Shown: piece by piece, positions 53,039 through 63,262 of the stretch | Layout of the letters: each line of letters begins with the position of its first letter | Position numbering within the stretch: the first letter of the stretch is position 1 | DNA from: an uncultured Cellvibrionales bacterium | Lineage (GTDB): Bacteria > Pseudomonadota > Gammaproteobacteria > Pseudomonadales > GM7GCV1 | Reading direction: 5' to 3' | Assembly: GCA_913063225.1 (NCBI GenBank) | Contig: CAJXYP010000001.1 | Span: forward strand, 57,308-121,307 | Length of the DNA stretch: 64,000 nt | Position numbers and translations under genes: made by a program | Notes under the pieces: model-generated | Told to the model about the DNA's origin: nothing | The model's database searches: none | What the model saw: the letters and a program-made list of their open reading frames with translations, nothing else

Positions 53039-54781
53039 ATGTCCCTCAAAAAACGAATTAACGAAGCTGCAACTGCAGCTTTCGTCGCCGCAGGTTTGCC
53101 GGAAGATACGCCAACGCGTTTGCAGTGGTCAGCGCGTCCCGAGTTTGGCGATATGCAGATCAATGGCGTGATGGGGGCTGCCAAGCAGCTCAAGCAAAAT
53201 CCCCGTGAGTTAGCCCAGAAAATTGTGGACCAACTCGATTTGGAAGGCTTGGTCACAAAAGCGGAAATTGCTGGTCCCGGGTTTATAAACCTGCATCTTG
53301 AGAACGCGGCGATTGTTGAAGAATCGACAAAGCTGCTTGGAGATGCCCGCTTGGGTCTCGAGTTTCCAGAGACTAAAGAGTGCGTCGTAGTGGATTATTC
53401 GGCTCCAAATCTTGCCAAAGAAATGCATGTCGGACATTTGCGCAGCACCATTATTGGTGATGCCGTCTGTCGCGCGCTGGAATTTAAAGGGCATAAAGTA
53501 GTTCGGCAAAATCATATCGGTGACTGGGGTACCCAGTTTGGAATGTTGATTACCGAGCTTCAACAGACGCATTCCCAAGAAGAGCTAGACGCTGGAATTT
53601 CTTTAAGTGATCTGGAAGGCTTCTACCGCAAATCCAAGCAACACTTTGATGCCGACCCGGTGTTTGCAGATTTAGCGCGGACCAACGTGGTGAAATTGCA
53701 GTCCGGTGATCCAGAATGCAGGAAGCTTTGGAAGCAGTTCATCGATGAATCCCTTTCCCACGCGGAAGACATTTATCAGAAGCTCGGCGTATTGCTAACC
53801 AAAGCTGATGTGCATGGTGAGAGCGCTTACAACGAAGATTTAAAGCCTGTGATTGCCGCTTTGGTTGAAGCGGGTATAGCGGTCGAAGATCAAGGGGCCC
53901 TGGTTGTCTATTTGGACGAACTGGCCGACAAAGAAGGCAATCCTTCTGTAGTAATTGTGCAAAAAGCCGATGGTGGATTTCTCTATGCCACCACGGATTT
54001 GGCCGCTATTCGATATCGGGTAAATCAGCTACACGCCACGCGTTGCCTCTACTTTATTGATGCACGCCAATCCCTTCATATGAAGCAGATCTTTGTCATC
54101 GGCCGCAAAACCGGTTGGGTGCCAGCAAATGTAGAATTTGAGCACTGTGCCTTTGGCACGATGATGGGTGAGGATGGAAGGCCATTCAAAACCCGCAGCG
54201 GCGAAACTATCAAATTGGCGGATTTGCTAGACGAAGCTATTGAGCGAGCTCAGGCCGTGGTTGCGAAAAAGAATCCGAACTTGGATAAAGAGACGCAGCT
54301 AGAGATTGGCCGGGCTATAGGTGTCGGCGCAGTGAAATACGCCGACCTAAGTAAGGTTAGAACCAACGACTATAGGTTTAGTTGGGAAGCTATGCTGAGC
54401 TTTGAAGGCAATACCGCGCCATACTTGCAGTATGCGGGCACTCGCATTCATAGCCTCTTTGAGAAAGCCGGCGAGGACCTTTCCAGCTTTAGTGGCGCTA
54501 TACAAATTGATCAGCCGGAAGAGCGGGCTTTGGCGCTTTCTATACAAAGGTTTTCGGAGGTAGTGGATCAGATGGTAGATTCAACCATGCCGCACGAACT
54601 CTGCACCTACCTTTATGACCTGTCGGGTAAGTTCGCTACTTTTTACGAAGCCTGTCCGGTACTTAAACCTGACATTGAGCCACAAATACGCGAAAGTCGT
54701 CTTGCGCTATCTGCACTTACGTCAAAGACTCTTGCGTCTGGACTGTCGCTATTGGGGATACAAAGCCTAGAGCGCATGTAA
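53039..54781 (+). CDS. argS: Arginine--tRNA ligase
   Basis: 580-aa ORF with the class I HIGH motif (MHVGHLRS) and the C-terminal anticodon-binding domain ending ...LERM. Confidence 0.96.
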   Translation: MSLKKRINEAATAAFVAAGLPEDTPTRLQWSARPEFGDMQINGVMGAAKQLKQNPRELAQKIVDQLDLEGLVTKAEIAGPGFINLHLENAAIVEESTKLLGDARLGLEFPETKECVVVDYSAPNLAKEMHVGHLRSTIIGDAVCRALEFKGHKVVRQNHIGDWGTQFGMLITELQQTHSQEELDAGISLSDLEGFYRKSKQHFDADPVFADLARTNVVKLQSGDPECRKLWKQFIDESLSHAEDIYQKLGVLLTKADVHGESAYNEDLKPVIAALVEAGIAVEDQGALVVYLDELADKEGNPSVVIVQKADGGFLYATTDLAAIRYRVNQLHATRCLYFIDARQSLHMKQIFVIGRKTGWVPANVEFEHCAFGTMMGEDGRPFKTRSGETIKLADLLDEAIERAQAVVAKKNPNLDKETQLEIGRAIGVGAVKYADLSKVRTNDYRFSWEAMLSFEGNTAPYLQYAGTRIHSLFEKAGEDLSSFSGAIQIDQPEERALALSIQRFSEVVDQMVDSTMPHELCTYLYDLSGKFATFYEACPVLKPDIEPQIRESRLALSALTSKTLASGLSLLGIQSLERM

Positions 54782-54795
54782 TGGCTAACCTAAGC

Positions 54796-56580
54796 CTACT
54801 CGTGATCTCTTAGTATTCCATCCTGAGAAAATAGGTCTTCCAATTCTTTGCGGCCGTCTTTGGCTATTTCGAGCAGTTTTTTCTGGTCTTCTTTGTGTTC
54901 GATAGACTCTAGAAGAATTTTTTCATCGTGATTACGGAATATCTCCACATTGTGGATGGCCTGTGCCTCGGTATAACCCAGAGTATTTAGGGTGATACGA
55001 GCGGCCTCCAAACCGCCGGCAAAGTATTCGCGAAATACATGATCGACGCCCAGAGTATGTAGTTGATATGCGTGGTTCCGGTCTACGGCACGAGCAATAA
55101 TAGTTAGGTCTGGGTACATTTCTTTGGCATTTTCAATAATGGCTATTGAGTCTTTGGAGTTAACACAGACCGCCAGAACTTTCGCATGTACTATGCCTGC
55201 GGCTTCCATTACGTCCATATTGCCCGCGTCGCCGTAAAATATTTTGTTACCAAAACGACGCACAAAATCAACGTTCGAGGAGCTTTTATCCAAGGCGGTA
55301 AAAGGGATGTTATTTGCGCCTAGAATCCTTCCGATAATTTGTCCAAAACGCCCAAACCCGGCAACTATAACTTCTGGCTCACTACCATCAGGGTTCTGGT
55401 CGTAATTGCTTGGTTCGGCCTGCTCTTTAGCTCTACAGCCTATATTCCAGAGGGCTAGCAAAGGTGAGGTGAGAGCCATTGATACGCCAACGGTGAGAAT
55501 GATTTGGTTCGCTAGAGCCGCGTCCACAAATCCCAAACTGAGAGATTGGCCCATTACAACAAAGGCAAATTCGCCGCCCTGAGATAGTATAAGGCCGATC
55601 TGAATGCCTTCACGCCAACCATGGCCTCTAAGGCGAGCCAAGCAACAAATAACCAGGGTTTTAATAAGCATTAGCACCAGTGCACCGCCAATGATAAGTG
55701 CAGGCTCGTTTATCATGAGCCGCAGGTCTAGCGTCATTCCTACGGCAATAAAGAATAGACCCAACAATAGCCCCTTAAAGGGTTCAATATCGGATTGCAG
55801 CTGATGACGGAAGCTGGAATTGGCCAGAATAATGCCGGCGGTAAAGGCCCCAAGGCCCATAGATAGGCCAATGTTCTCCATATAGACGGCGGTTCCCAGC
55901 ACTATCAATAGTGCTGCCGCTGTCATCACTTCGCGACTTCCGTATTCGGCTATCAGCCGCAAACCGGGGTTTAGTAGGTATCTACCTGCGACTAACAATC
56001 CGATTACCGAGGTAATGGAAATCATCGCGCTGTAAAAATTGGTATGTTCAGAGCTGCCGCTTCCCGCCCAGATTTGCACCAAAATCAGAAGCGGAATTAC
56101 CGCCATATCCTGTAATAAGAGAATGGAAAAACCTTTGCGGCCGATGGGTCGGGCGATAATGCCTTGCTCCGCCATTAGCGGCAGGACCAAAGCCGTTGAA
56201 GATAGTGCGAGGGTGAGCGCGATAACTACGGCTACTTGGTTAGATACGCCGCTAAAGAAATAGAAAATCGCAAATATCATTAACGCGCTGATACTTAGTT
56301 GTCCGCCGCCAAGGATAAGGATCTGTGATCGCATGCGCCAAAGCTTGTCAGGCGCGAGCTCCAAGCCTATAACAAAGAGCAGCATCACCACGCCAAACTC
56401 GGCGAAATGCAGAGCATCAGTAGGGTCTCCAACAAAGTTGAAGGCAGCCGGGCCGATTAGCGCACCAGCTGTCAGGTATCCCAGAATAGCGCCTAGGCCG
56501 AGCCTACGAAATATGGGCACCGCAATTACAGTCGCCAGCAGATAGCAAAGCACATTTTTTAAAAGGTGTGATTCTTCCAA
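54796..56580 (-). CDS. CPA2-family K+/H+ antiporter with C-terminal RCK/TrkA-N domain (KefB/KefC-type)
   Basis: 594-aa ORF with a TTG start, about 12 TM segments, then a Rossmann motif VIVAGFGRFGQIIGR. Confidence 0.88.
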   Translation of the reverse strand: MEESHLLKNVLCYLLATVIAVPIFRRLGLGAILGYLTAGALIGPAAFNFVGDPTDALHFAEFGVVMLLFVIGLELAPDKLWRMRSQILILGGGQLSISALMIFAIFYFFSGVSNQVAVVIALTLALSSTALVLPLMAEQGIIARPIGRKGFSILLLQDMAVIPLLILVQIWAGSGSSEHTNFYSAMISITSVIGLLVAGRYLLNPGLRLIAEYGSREVMTAAALLIVLGTAVYMENIGLSMGLGAFTAGIILANSSFRHQLQSDIEPFKGLLLGLFFIAVGMTLDLRLMINEPALIIGGALVLMLIKTLVICCLARLRGHGWREGIQIGLILSQGGEFAFVVMGQSLSLGFVDAALANQIILTVGVSMALTSPLLALWNIGCRAKEQAEPSNYDQNPDGSEPEVIVAGFGRFGQIIGRILGANNIPFTALDKSSSNVDFVRRFGNKIFYGDAGNMDVMEAAGIVHAKVLAVCVNSKDSIAIIENAKEMYPDLTIIARAVDRNHAYQLHTLGVDHVFREYFAGGLEAARITLNTLGYTEAQAIHNVEIFRNHDEKILLESIEHKEDQKKLLEIAKDGRKELEDLFSQDGILRDHE

Positions 56581-56750
56581 GGTTGGTTTCTCGTCGATTA
56601 ACAGGTACTAGTGTGGATAGGCTCTCCGAGGTAGAGAGAACCCTATCCCAAAATAAGCTTACAACACCACTATATGATCTACAAAGTGGCTGTCAGCGTG
56701 GCCTAACGCAGAGTTAACCAAGTATTATCGGTAACCGGAGGCCCAACCGA

Positions 56751-59240
56751 ATGAAAAAGTCGAACATCACCATCGGGAAGCGTGATTGGTTTCTAGCCTT
56801 AGCAGTGTCAGGTCTGTTTCTGGCGCTTTCCCAATCTGCTGTTCTGCAGAGCATAGAACGGTTTGCCTACGATAGGGGTCTTAGAGGATCCTCTGCCGAA
56901 CCTAGCGATCGTATCGCCGTGATCGCCATCGATAATGAAAGCCTGAAAAATATCGGGCGCTGGCCCTGGTCGCGAGACGTGCACGCGAGCATGATTGATT
57001 TGCATCTCTAATGCTGGAGCCAAGGTGATTGGCCATACTTCCTTTTTCTTTGAGCCTCAGGATGATCCCGGTCTCGATATTGTAGAGAGCATCGGATTTT
57101 TCTTAGAAGATTTTGGATTGGCGGCCACTGATTTTGATGCAGATGGTTTTCCGGTTTCTATCCCGGGGTATGGTTTTGATGACCTGCGGTTAACGCTCGA
57201 AGCATCTAGCGCTGATTTAGATCCACTGGCGGCGGAAGACCTGTCGTTTGCTATAGAGGCTTTGGAATTCCCCCTAACGGAACTTCATCAACAGGTGTTT
57301 ACTGTTGTTGAAGCTTTGGATCTGGATCAGATACTTGCCAATAGCATTGCAGATGTTTTTCTATATTGGCCAACCCTTGGGCAATCCAGACACCCTTATG
57401 CCCGGCTTTATATCAGATAGTAGTGCGCTGTTTAATATTCAGGAAAATATACAGGCCGCGCAAAGCGGGCTGTTTCCCTTGCAGTCGGTTTTTGTCGAAA
57501 CGCCTATTGATGTTCTTGGTTCTTGGGCTTCTGGTGTCGGACATTTAAACGCGCTTCCGGATGTTGATGGTGGCATTCGATCCGAGCCATTGGTGCTTGA
57601 TTGATTTGGTGAGCCCTATCCCTCCCTATCTTTATTATTGGCGGCAAAAAGTTTGAATCTGTCCGTTGATGACATCGGTGTAAAACTCGGTGAGGGCTTT
57701 GATTTGGGGGCTTTAAGCATTGGCACGGACGATACCCTGCAAATGGACACCTTTTTCTACACTGACCAAGATGGCGTGCCTGTCTTTCAGGTTGATTCAT
57801 TTTACGATGTTATTTCCGGCAGCATTCCGGCCAGTAAATATAGCGATAAAATTGTGCTTATAGGTGCAACTGCGGTTGGTTTGGGCACTACTCAGGTAAC
57901 ACCGGTCGACCCGGCTATGACTCCGGTGGTCGCCCTTGCGCACTCGGTATCAAGTATTCTCAATGAGCATTTCTTTATAACTCCCATCTGGGGAGCCTAT
58001 GCCAGCCTTGGAGTGTTTTTACTGGTGGCGCTGTAATTACCGTCGGGTTGTTTCTCGTACTTGTAGTCACTCACTATGTACTTATGACCCAGCAGTCTAT
58101 GTGGGTGCAGTTAATGGTGCCTGCGGTACTGCTGGTGGTTGGCTATATGTTGCTAACAACCAAAAGATTTTTGGTTGCCGAAGCGGGCAAGCGCATGTCT
58201 GATATGGAGTCCTCGGAGAGCAATCGGATGCTAGGTCTCGCCTTTCAGGGGCAAGGCCAGCTGGTGCCGCGTATCAATATATCTTTGACTTCGCTCCCGG
58301 ATTCAAAGATGTGGAAGAGCGCATACAGCGCAGTAAAAAATTGGAAGAAACTATTATTCTGGGCGGTAGCGGCGGACACGCCTGGATGCGGCAGAGAAAC
58401 CTATGTTGGGCCGCTCTCAAGTTCAGAAAGAACTCGGTAAGGGTGCAATGGGTATTGTCTATTTAGGGTCAGATCCAAAAATTAACCGCACGGTGGCGAT
58501 TAAGACCATGGCGCTTTCTCAGGAATTTGAAGGCGACGAGATGGATGATGTTAAAGAGCGGTTCTTTCGCGAGGCAGAAAACGCTGATCGGCTAAATCAC
58601 CCACATATCGTTACCATTTATGACGCTGGCGAAGAGTATGATCTAGCTTATATCGCTATGGCGTTCCTCAAGGGCGCTGATTTGGCTCCTGCGACGAAAA
58701 AAGAGGCTTTGCTGCTATTTGGACAAAGTCATAGAAATCACGCTTAAACGCGCTTCTGCACTCAACTACGCCCATGCGCAAAATGTTGTGCATCGGGATA
58801 TCAAACCCGCCAATGTTATGTGCGACCCCGAATCCAATGAAATGAAAATCACAGATTTTGGTATCGCTCGTATTACCGATTCCAGCAAGGCTAAAACTGG
58901 TATGGTTTTGGGCACACCAAGATATATGTCCCCGGAACAGTTAGCCGGCAAGAAAGTAGATGGAAGGTCAGATCTATTTTCGTTAGCCGTAATGCTGTAT
59001 CAGCTGTTGACGGGCAAATTGCCATTTCAGGCGGAGTCCATGGCAACACTGATGTATAAAATTACCAATGAACCACATCCGAGAATTCGTGAAGCAAATG
59101 CCAACGTGCCTATTGAATTTGAGGACTATTTTGAAAAAGCCTTAGAAAAAGATCCTGACGAGCGATTCCAAGATGGTACTGAGATGTCGCAGGCCCTCAA
59201 AGATACCATCCGAAAAATTAAACAGCGGCAGAAAGGCTAG
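56751..59240 (+). pseudogene. CHASE2-sensor Ser/Thr protein kinase, heavily fragmented (about 6 frameshifts, 1 in-frame TGA, probable internal deletion)
   Basis: Seven consecutive track ORFs in changing frames tile one protein. The CHASE2 part reads AVIAIDNESLKNIGRWPWSRDVHASMID / AGAKVIGHTSFFFEP / GHLNALPDVDGGIRSEPL / YPSLSLLLAAKSL. TM helices follow, then SESNRMLGLAFQGQGQL. The Hanks kinase part reads GKGAMGIVYLG, AIKTM, HRDIKPANVM, DFG and GTPRYMSPE. An in-frame TGA lies at 57602-57604. Confidence 0.85.
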
Positions 59241-59253
59241 GTTGAGGTAGGGT

Positions 59254-59902
59254 TTGCTAATGGATATAAGAGATAGCATCGAAATAGTTTGCAGTACTGA
59301 TACTGGCCAGAAGCGAGACCATAACGAAGATGCGGTGGGCTCAGAAGCTAGCCTTGGACTTGTGGTGCTGGCTGATGGAATGGGCTGCTATCAGGCCGGC
59401 GAAGTTGCCAGTGCAATGGCCGTGGATATTGTACTGGAAGATATCCGGGCAAAACACGAGGAGGCTGTCGCTGGGGAAGACGAAGACCTAGATAAAACCG
59501 TTGTGATAAAGCCCTATGCCGTTGGTATGGACGGTACGGCAGCCTTTGAGGCTGCAATTCTCGAGAAAGAGAAAGAGAAAGAGAAAGAGAAAGAGAAAGA
59601 GAAAAAGCAAAAGCAAAAGCAAAAGGACGATGCCGTCACTGCTGAATTAGTTGCCAGCGGAGAAAAGCCCGCATTACTGCAGCTTTTAAATGGGCCAAAT
59701 AATGGCGCTTAATAAATCAATTACTCGCTTGGGTAAGCCGGGCGAGCAGGTTGCTGCCATTGCCAAACGCCCTCAGGGATATTTCATCATGCATTTGGGC
59801 GGCAGTACCGCCCAGCCTATTCTGAACGGCAGTAATGTCGGCACACAGGCTACGTCGCTTAAGCACGGTGATATTATTGAAGTGGGCAAGGGGTCCGTAT
59901 GA
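59254..59902 (+). pseudogene. PP2C-phosphatase N-terminal remnant joined to a low-complexity linker and an FHA-like C-terminus (frameshifted)
   Basis: Only PP2C motifs I-II are present (STDTGQKRDHNEDA; LADGMGCYQAGEVAS), and the rest of the roughly 240-aa fold is missing. An (EK)7(KQ)3 linker follows. A +1 shift near 59700 leads into LNKSITRLGKPGEQVAAIAKRPQGYFIMHLGG...GDIIEVG, which looks like an FHA domain. Confidence 0.6.
59563..59624 (+). repeat. Hexanucleotide microsatellite (GAGAAA)7 followed by (GCAAAA)3
   Basis: Seven perfect GAGAAA units span 59563-59604 and three GCAAAA units span 59607-59624. In frame they encode EKEKEKEKEKEKEK-KQKQKQ. Confidence 0.95.
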
Positions 59903-59973
59903 AAATTATGATTCCCAGCTAGAGGGGACCATCTAGAGCTCGACATAACTAGTTCTAATTAGACATGTGCCCC

Positions 59974-60582
59974 TTAAGTTCGATCCCAGATCAAAAGACG
60001 ATTGTTGGCGGCCATTTCACAGTCTTCGAATAGCTCGATTCCCTGTTGGTTCATTAGAGTCTCAAGCCTATCAAAATCACGAATTCCCATACTAGGCTCT
60101 TGTTGCCTTAGGGACTGATCAAAGCGTCTATTGCTTTCTGAGGTATATTCTCCGCCATAGTTGAAGGGGCCGTAGGTAATTACTCGAGCTTTTGGCGCCA
60201 GCACTTTTGGCAGCCAAGCAACCATGCCTACGACTTCTTCCCAGCCCATTATGTGCAGCGTATTGGCAGTGAAAATACCATCGTAGCGTAGATCGAAATT
60301 CGACCAGGGTTGGCTCACATCCAGCGCTATGGGCGCGGGAAGATTATCTAGATCAGCGTACTGAATCCGTGTGGCCAGGTTCTCAAGATAGACAGCCCTA
60401 TCTGTGGTTTGCCAACTTAGGTGAGGCATTGCAGAAGCAAAATATTGAGCGTGCTGGCCCGTTCCTCCTCCAATTTCGAGTACGCTTGTAGTCACAGAAA
60501 GATGCTGATCGAGTTTTTTTAGGATTGCATCCTTATTGCGCTCGCAGGAAGGTGAATTAGGTAAGTCTGCTAGATCTTTCAT
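59974..60582 (-). CDS. DUF938-family SAM-dependent methyltransferase
   Basis: 202-aa ORF with SPSCERNKDAILKKL, SAM motif VLEIGGGTGQHA and a C-terminal NNRLLIW motif typical of DUF938. Confidence 0.8.
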   Translation of the reverse strand: MKDLADLPNSPSCERNKDAILKKLDQHLSVTTSVLEIGGGTGQHAQYFASAMPHLSWQTTDRAVYLENLATRIQYADLDNLPAPIALDVSQPWSNFDLRYDGIFTANTLHIMGWEEVVGMVAWLPKVLAPKARVITYGPFNYGGEYTSESNRRFDQSLRQQEPSMGIRDFDRLETLMNQQGIELFEDCEMAANNRLLIWDRT

Positions 60583-60656
60583 TCAGGGTAGATGAGCTCT
60601 GCTGTAAACTGCGAGAATAGTAAAACAAATACTCTTAGGAGTTGAAGTATATCCAC

Positions 60657-61916
60657 ATGGTAGATCAGCCTCGGACATATCTAGTCGGCGGAGCGGTGCG
60701 GGACGAACTGCTCGGAATCCCTGTGTCTGAAAAAGATTGGGTAGTTGTTGGTGCAACACCGGAATGGATGGCGGATCGCGGTTTCCGTCTAATTGGTCAG
60801 TCTTTCCCGGTATTTCTTCACCCCGAAACCAGCGAAGAGCATGCATTAGCCCGCACCGAACGAAAATCTGGCCGAGGCTACAAGGGGTTTAGTTTTTTTG
60901 CCGCTCCCGAAGTAACGCTAGAACAGGACTTGGTTCGTCGGGACTTGACTATAAATTCCATTGTGAAAGACGGTCAGGATAATTTTATTGATCCGTATGG
61001 CGGACAAAAAGATTTGCATGACCGGGTGCTTCGACATGTATCGGCTGCATTCTCGGAAGACCCGCTACGGGTGCTGCGGGTGGCCAGATTTATGGCGAAA
61101 CTGGCTGATTTTGATTTTAATATTGCGCCAGAAACCCTACACCTTATGAAGCAGATAGTTGCTTCAGGTGAGCTTGATGACTTAACGCCAGAGCGCGTTT
61201 GGATGGAAACAGAAAAGGCGTTGCTGACTGCGCGACCGCGTCGATATTTTGAAACGCTCCAGCAGGTAGGTGCATTAGAGGTCCTGTTTCCTGAAATTTC
61301 CCGCCTGTTTGGTGTGCCTCAGGCGCCCAAATATCATCCGGAAATTGATACTGGTCTGCATACCATGATGGTACTGGATCGGATTTGCTCTATGTCCAAT
61401 GAAATCAGCCTTAGGTTCTCCGCCCTGAGTCATGATTTAGGCAAGGGCACTACGCCAAAAGAGTGGTGGCCGAGTCACCGAGGCCATGAGGAGCGCGGCG
61501 TAAAGCAAATAGAGATTTTGAGCTTGCGATTACGTGTTCCGAATAACTGTCGTGACTTGGCGATTAAGGTCTCGCGATGGCACCTACATTGTCACCGTGC
61601 ATTAGAGCTTAAAGCCAGCACTGTTGAAAAGTTATTTAGTGGGCTAGATCTCTGGCGAAATGCCGAAAACTTAAATGCCTTTTTACTTTGCTGCACTGCA
61701 GATTTGCGTGGACGAACCGGTTTGGAGAAGGCTGAGTATCCCCAAGCAGAATTTTTGCGGAATTGCTTTGAGGCGGCCCGTGCCGTGAATGCCAAAGACA
61801 TTATTGAAGCAGGATATCAGGGTATCGAAGTGGGTGAGCAGATGCAGATAGCTAGGATTGAAGCGATACAGTCTGTTAAAGAAAGTCGTGAAAGCCCGAG
61901 TGCAACCCAAAGCTGA
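60657..61916 (+). CDS. cca: Multifunctional CCA-adding tRNA nucleotidyltransferase with HD domain
   Basis: The start is taken at ATG 60657 (MVDQPRTYLVGGAVRDELLG) rather than the track's TTG 60642. It has RDLTINS and the HD-domain HPEIDTGLHT. Confidence 0.93.
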   Translation: MVDQPRTYLVGGAVRDELLGIPVSEKDWVVVGATPEWMADRGFRLIGQSFPVFLHPETSEEHALARTERKSGRGYKGFSFFAAPEVTLEQDLVRRDLTINSIVKDGQDNFIDPYGGQKDLHDRVLRHVSAAFSEDPLRVLRVARFMAKLADFDFNIAPETLHLMKQIVASGELDDLTPERVWMETEKALLTARPRRYFETLQQVGALEVLFPEISRLFGVPQAPKYHPEIDTGLHTMMVLDRICSMSNEISLRFSALSHDLGKGTTPKEWWPSHRGHEERGVKQIEILSLRLRVPNNCRDLAIKVSRWHLHCHRALELKASTVEKLFSGLDLWRNAENLNAFLLCCTADLRGRTGLEKAEYPQAEFLRNCFEAARAVNAKDIIEAGYQGIEVGEQMQIARIEAIQSVKESRESPSATQS

Positions 61917-61924
61917 ATCAAGAC

Positions 61925-62998
61925 CTAAAGAACAGCCAGTAGCTGCTCTTCATCAAAGTCATTAATCACTTCTGCCCGGCCAATTTGCTTTAACAAGATC
62001 AACCGAAGCTGTCCGCGGGTTACCTTTTTATCGTGAGACATAAGGCTGCGCATTTTTTCCGCGCTAATGTCCTGAGGTGCTTCCAAAGGTAAGTTAGCGG
62101 CGCTTAAAAGCGATTCGATGCGCGTCATATCAGTGGAATCCAGCCAGCCCATATTCTGCGACATGCGTGCAGCCATCGCCATACCAGCACCCACGGCTTC
62201 ACCATGTAACCAGTGTTTGTAGTGCTGTGCGGCTTCAATGGCGTGGCCGAAAGTATGGCCGAGGTTCAAGATGGCTCTTAGTCCCTGTTCCGTTTCATCG
62301 GCTGATACCACCTCTGCTTTGGTTCTGCAGGAAACTAGTATTGTTTCGGCCAGACAGTCAGGGTCTCTCGCCATAATCGCTTCTATGTTTTGTTCGAGCC
62401 AGCCAAAGAATGCGTTGTCACGGATAAGGCCATATTTGATAACCTCTGCCATACCCGCTGAAAATTCCCGTTCGGGTAGAGTTTCCAAAGTGGTCAAATC
62501 TATATATACCCCTTTTGGCTGGTAGAACGCACCAATCATATTTTTGCCAAGAGGGTGATTTACGGCCGTCTTTCCGCCGACCGAAGAATCAACTTGAGAA
62601 AGTAAGGTGGTTGGGATTTGAATGAAATCTACGCCGCGCTGGTAGGTTGCAGCAGCAAAACCCACGGTATCTCCAATAACGCCTCCCCCTAGTGCGATTA
62701 GAATGCAGGACCGATCGTAGTGGCTTTCCAAAAGCCGGTCATATATTTTTTCAAGGGTATTGATGGTTTTGTACTGCTCGCCATCGGGCAGGATTAGTTG
62801 ATCTAGCTCTACTTCCAACGCTGCACCAGACAGACAAGATTTGAGCCGATCCAAATATAGTGGAGCGATAGTTTCATTGCTAATGATTAGTGCGCGACGT
62901 CCGCGCACCTGTTCGCTAAGGCTTGCGTCATTCCAAGCCTCTGGGCTAATAACTATTGGGTAGGATCTGGCGCCGAGTTCAAGTGTCAGCTTTTTCAA
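61925..62998 (-). CDS. aroB: 3-dehydroquinate synthase
   Basis: 357-aa ORF with a TTG start 8 nt after GAGGA. It has GGGVIGDTVGFAAATYQRG and metal ligands in LNLGHTFGHAIE. Confidence 0.95.
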   Translation of the reverse strand: MKKLTLELGARSYPIVISPEAWNDASLSEQVRGRRALIISNETIAPLYLDRLKSCLSGAALEVELDQLILPDGEQYKTINTLEKIYDRLLESHYDRSCILIALGGGVIGDTVGFAAATYQRGVDFIQIPTTLLSQVDSSVGGKTAVNHPLGKNMIGAFYQPKGVYIDLTTLETLPEREFSAGMAEVIKYGLIRDNAFFGWLEQNIEAIMARDPDCLAETILVSCRTKAEVVSADETEQGLRAILNLGHTFGHAIEAAQHYKHWLHGEAVGAGMAMAARMSQNMGWLDSTDMTRIESLLSAANLPLEAPQDISAEKMRSLMSHDKKVTRGQLRLILLKQIGRAEVINDFDEEQLLAVL

Positions 62999-63262
62999 TC
63001 CGTGTGTCCTCTAACTCGAGTGTTTCGTGAAGGATTTGGATTTTAGGGGAAATTTGGCTAAGCAGTTTGGATTGTCCTCCGCAGAGCCATAGTCGAAACT
63101 ATTGCCCAATGATGATAGTTCAAAATGCGACGTCAAATTTTTCCTAAAACCAAATAGAAATATGAGCGAGAGAAACCCTAACACGCATAAACCGCGTAGG
63201 ATTTTGATGTTTTTGTATGACTGTTCATGTGCTGTCCGTTTTCGTGAAATACTCGGGTTACA

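Noticed and set aside
36256-57604. In-frame TGA codons at 36256-36258 and 57602-57604 sit at positions where Trp would read well, raising the idea of TGA=Trp recoding or selenocysteine.
   Set aside because: TGA clearly terminates intact conserved genes at the homologous C-terminus in this window, for example hemF at 31400-31402 and tsaC at 30485-30487. No SECIS-like hairpin follows either site. Both occur in genes that also carry multiple frameshifts, so simple TGG-to-TGA nonsense mutations are the economical explanation.
59563-59624. The GAGAAA/GCAAAA array, and the 10-bp array at 44071-44130, were considered as possible CRISPR or phase-variation switches.
   Set aside because: The units are 6-10 bp with no spacers, so they are not CRISPR arrays. 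The hexamer unit is a multiple of 3, so slippage cannot toggle the reading frame.
56751-59902. The fragmented kinase/PP2C region could be explained as plain sequencing or assembly error.
   Set aside because: This is not fully excluded. However, about 8 lesions in 3 kb contrast with none in roughly 50 kb of neighbouring core ORFs. Several indels lie outside homopolymers, and there is a missing PP2C core and a missing linker segment. Together these fit true decay better. Read-level verification is still required.
60649-60657. An isolated DnaA-box-like 9-mer, ATATCCACA, overlaps the cca start codon.
   Set aside because: It is a single one-mismatch site with no neighbouring boxes, which is expected by chance in 64 kb.
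62999-63262. The 264-nt spacer between aroK and aroB is unusually long.
   Set aside because: I found no convincing ORF (only a 16-codon one), hairpin, repeat or riboswitch-like structure. There is only a weak TTGACG-N16-CATCAT promoter-like match on the minus strand. That is insufficient for a call.
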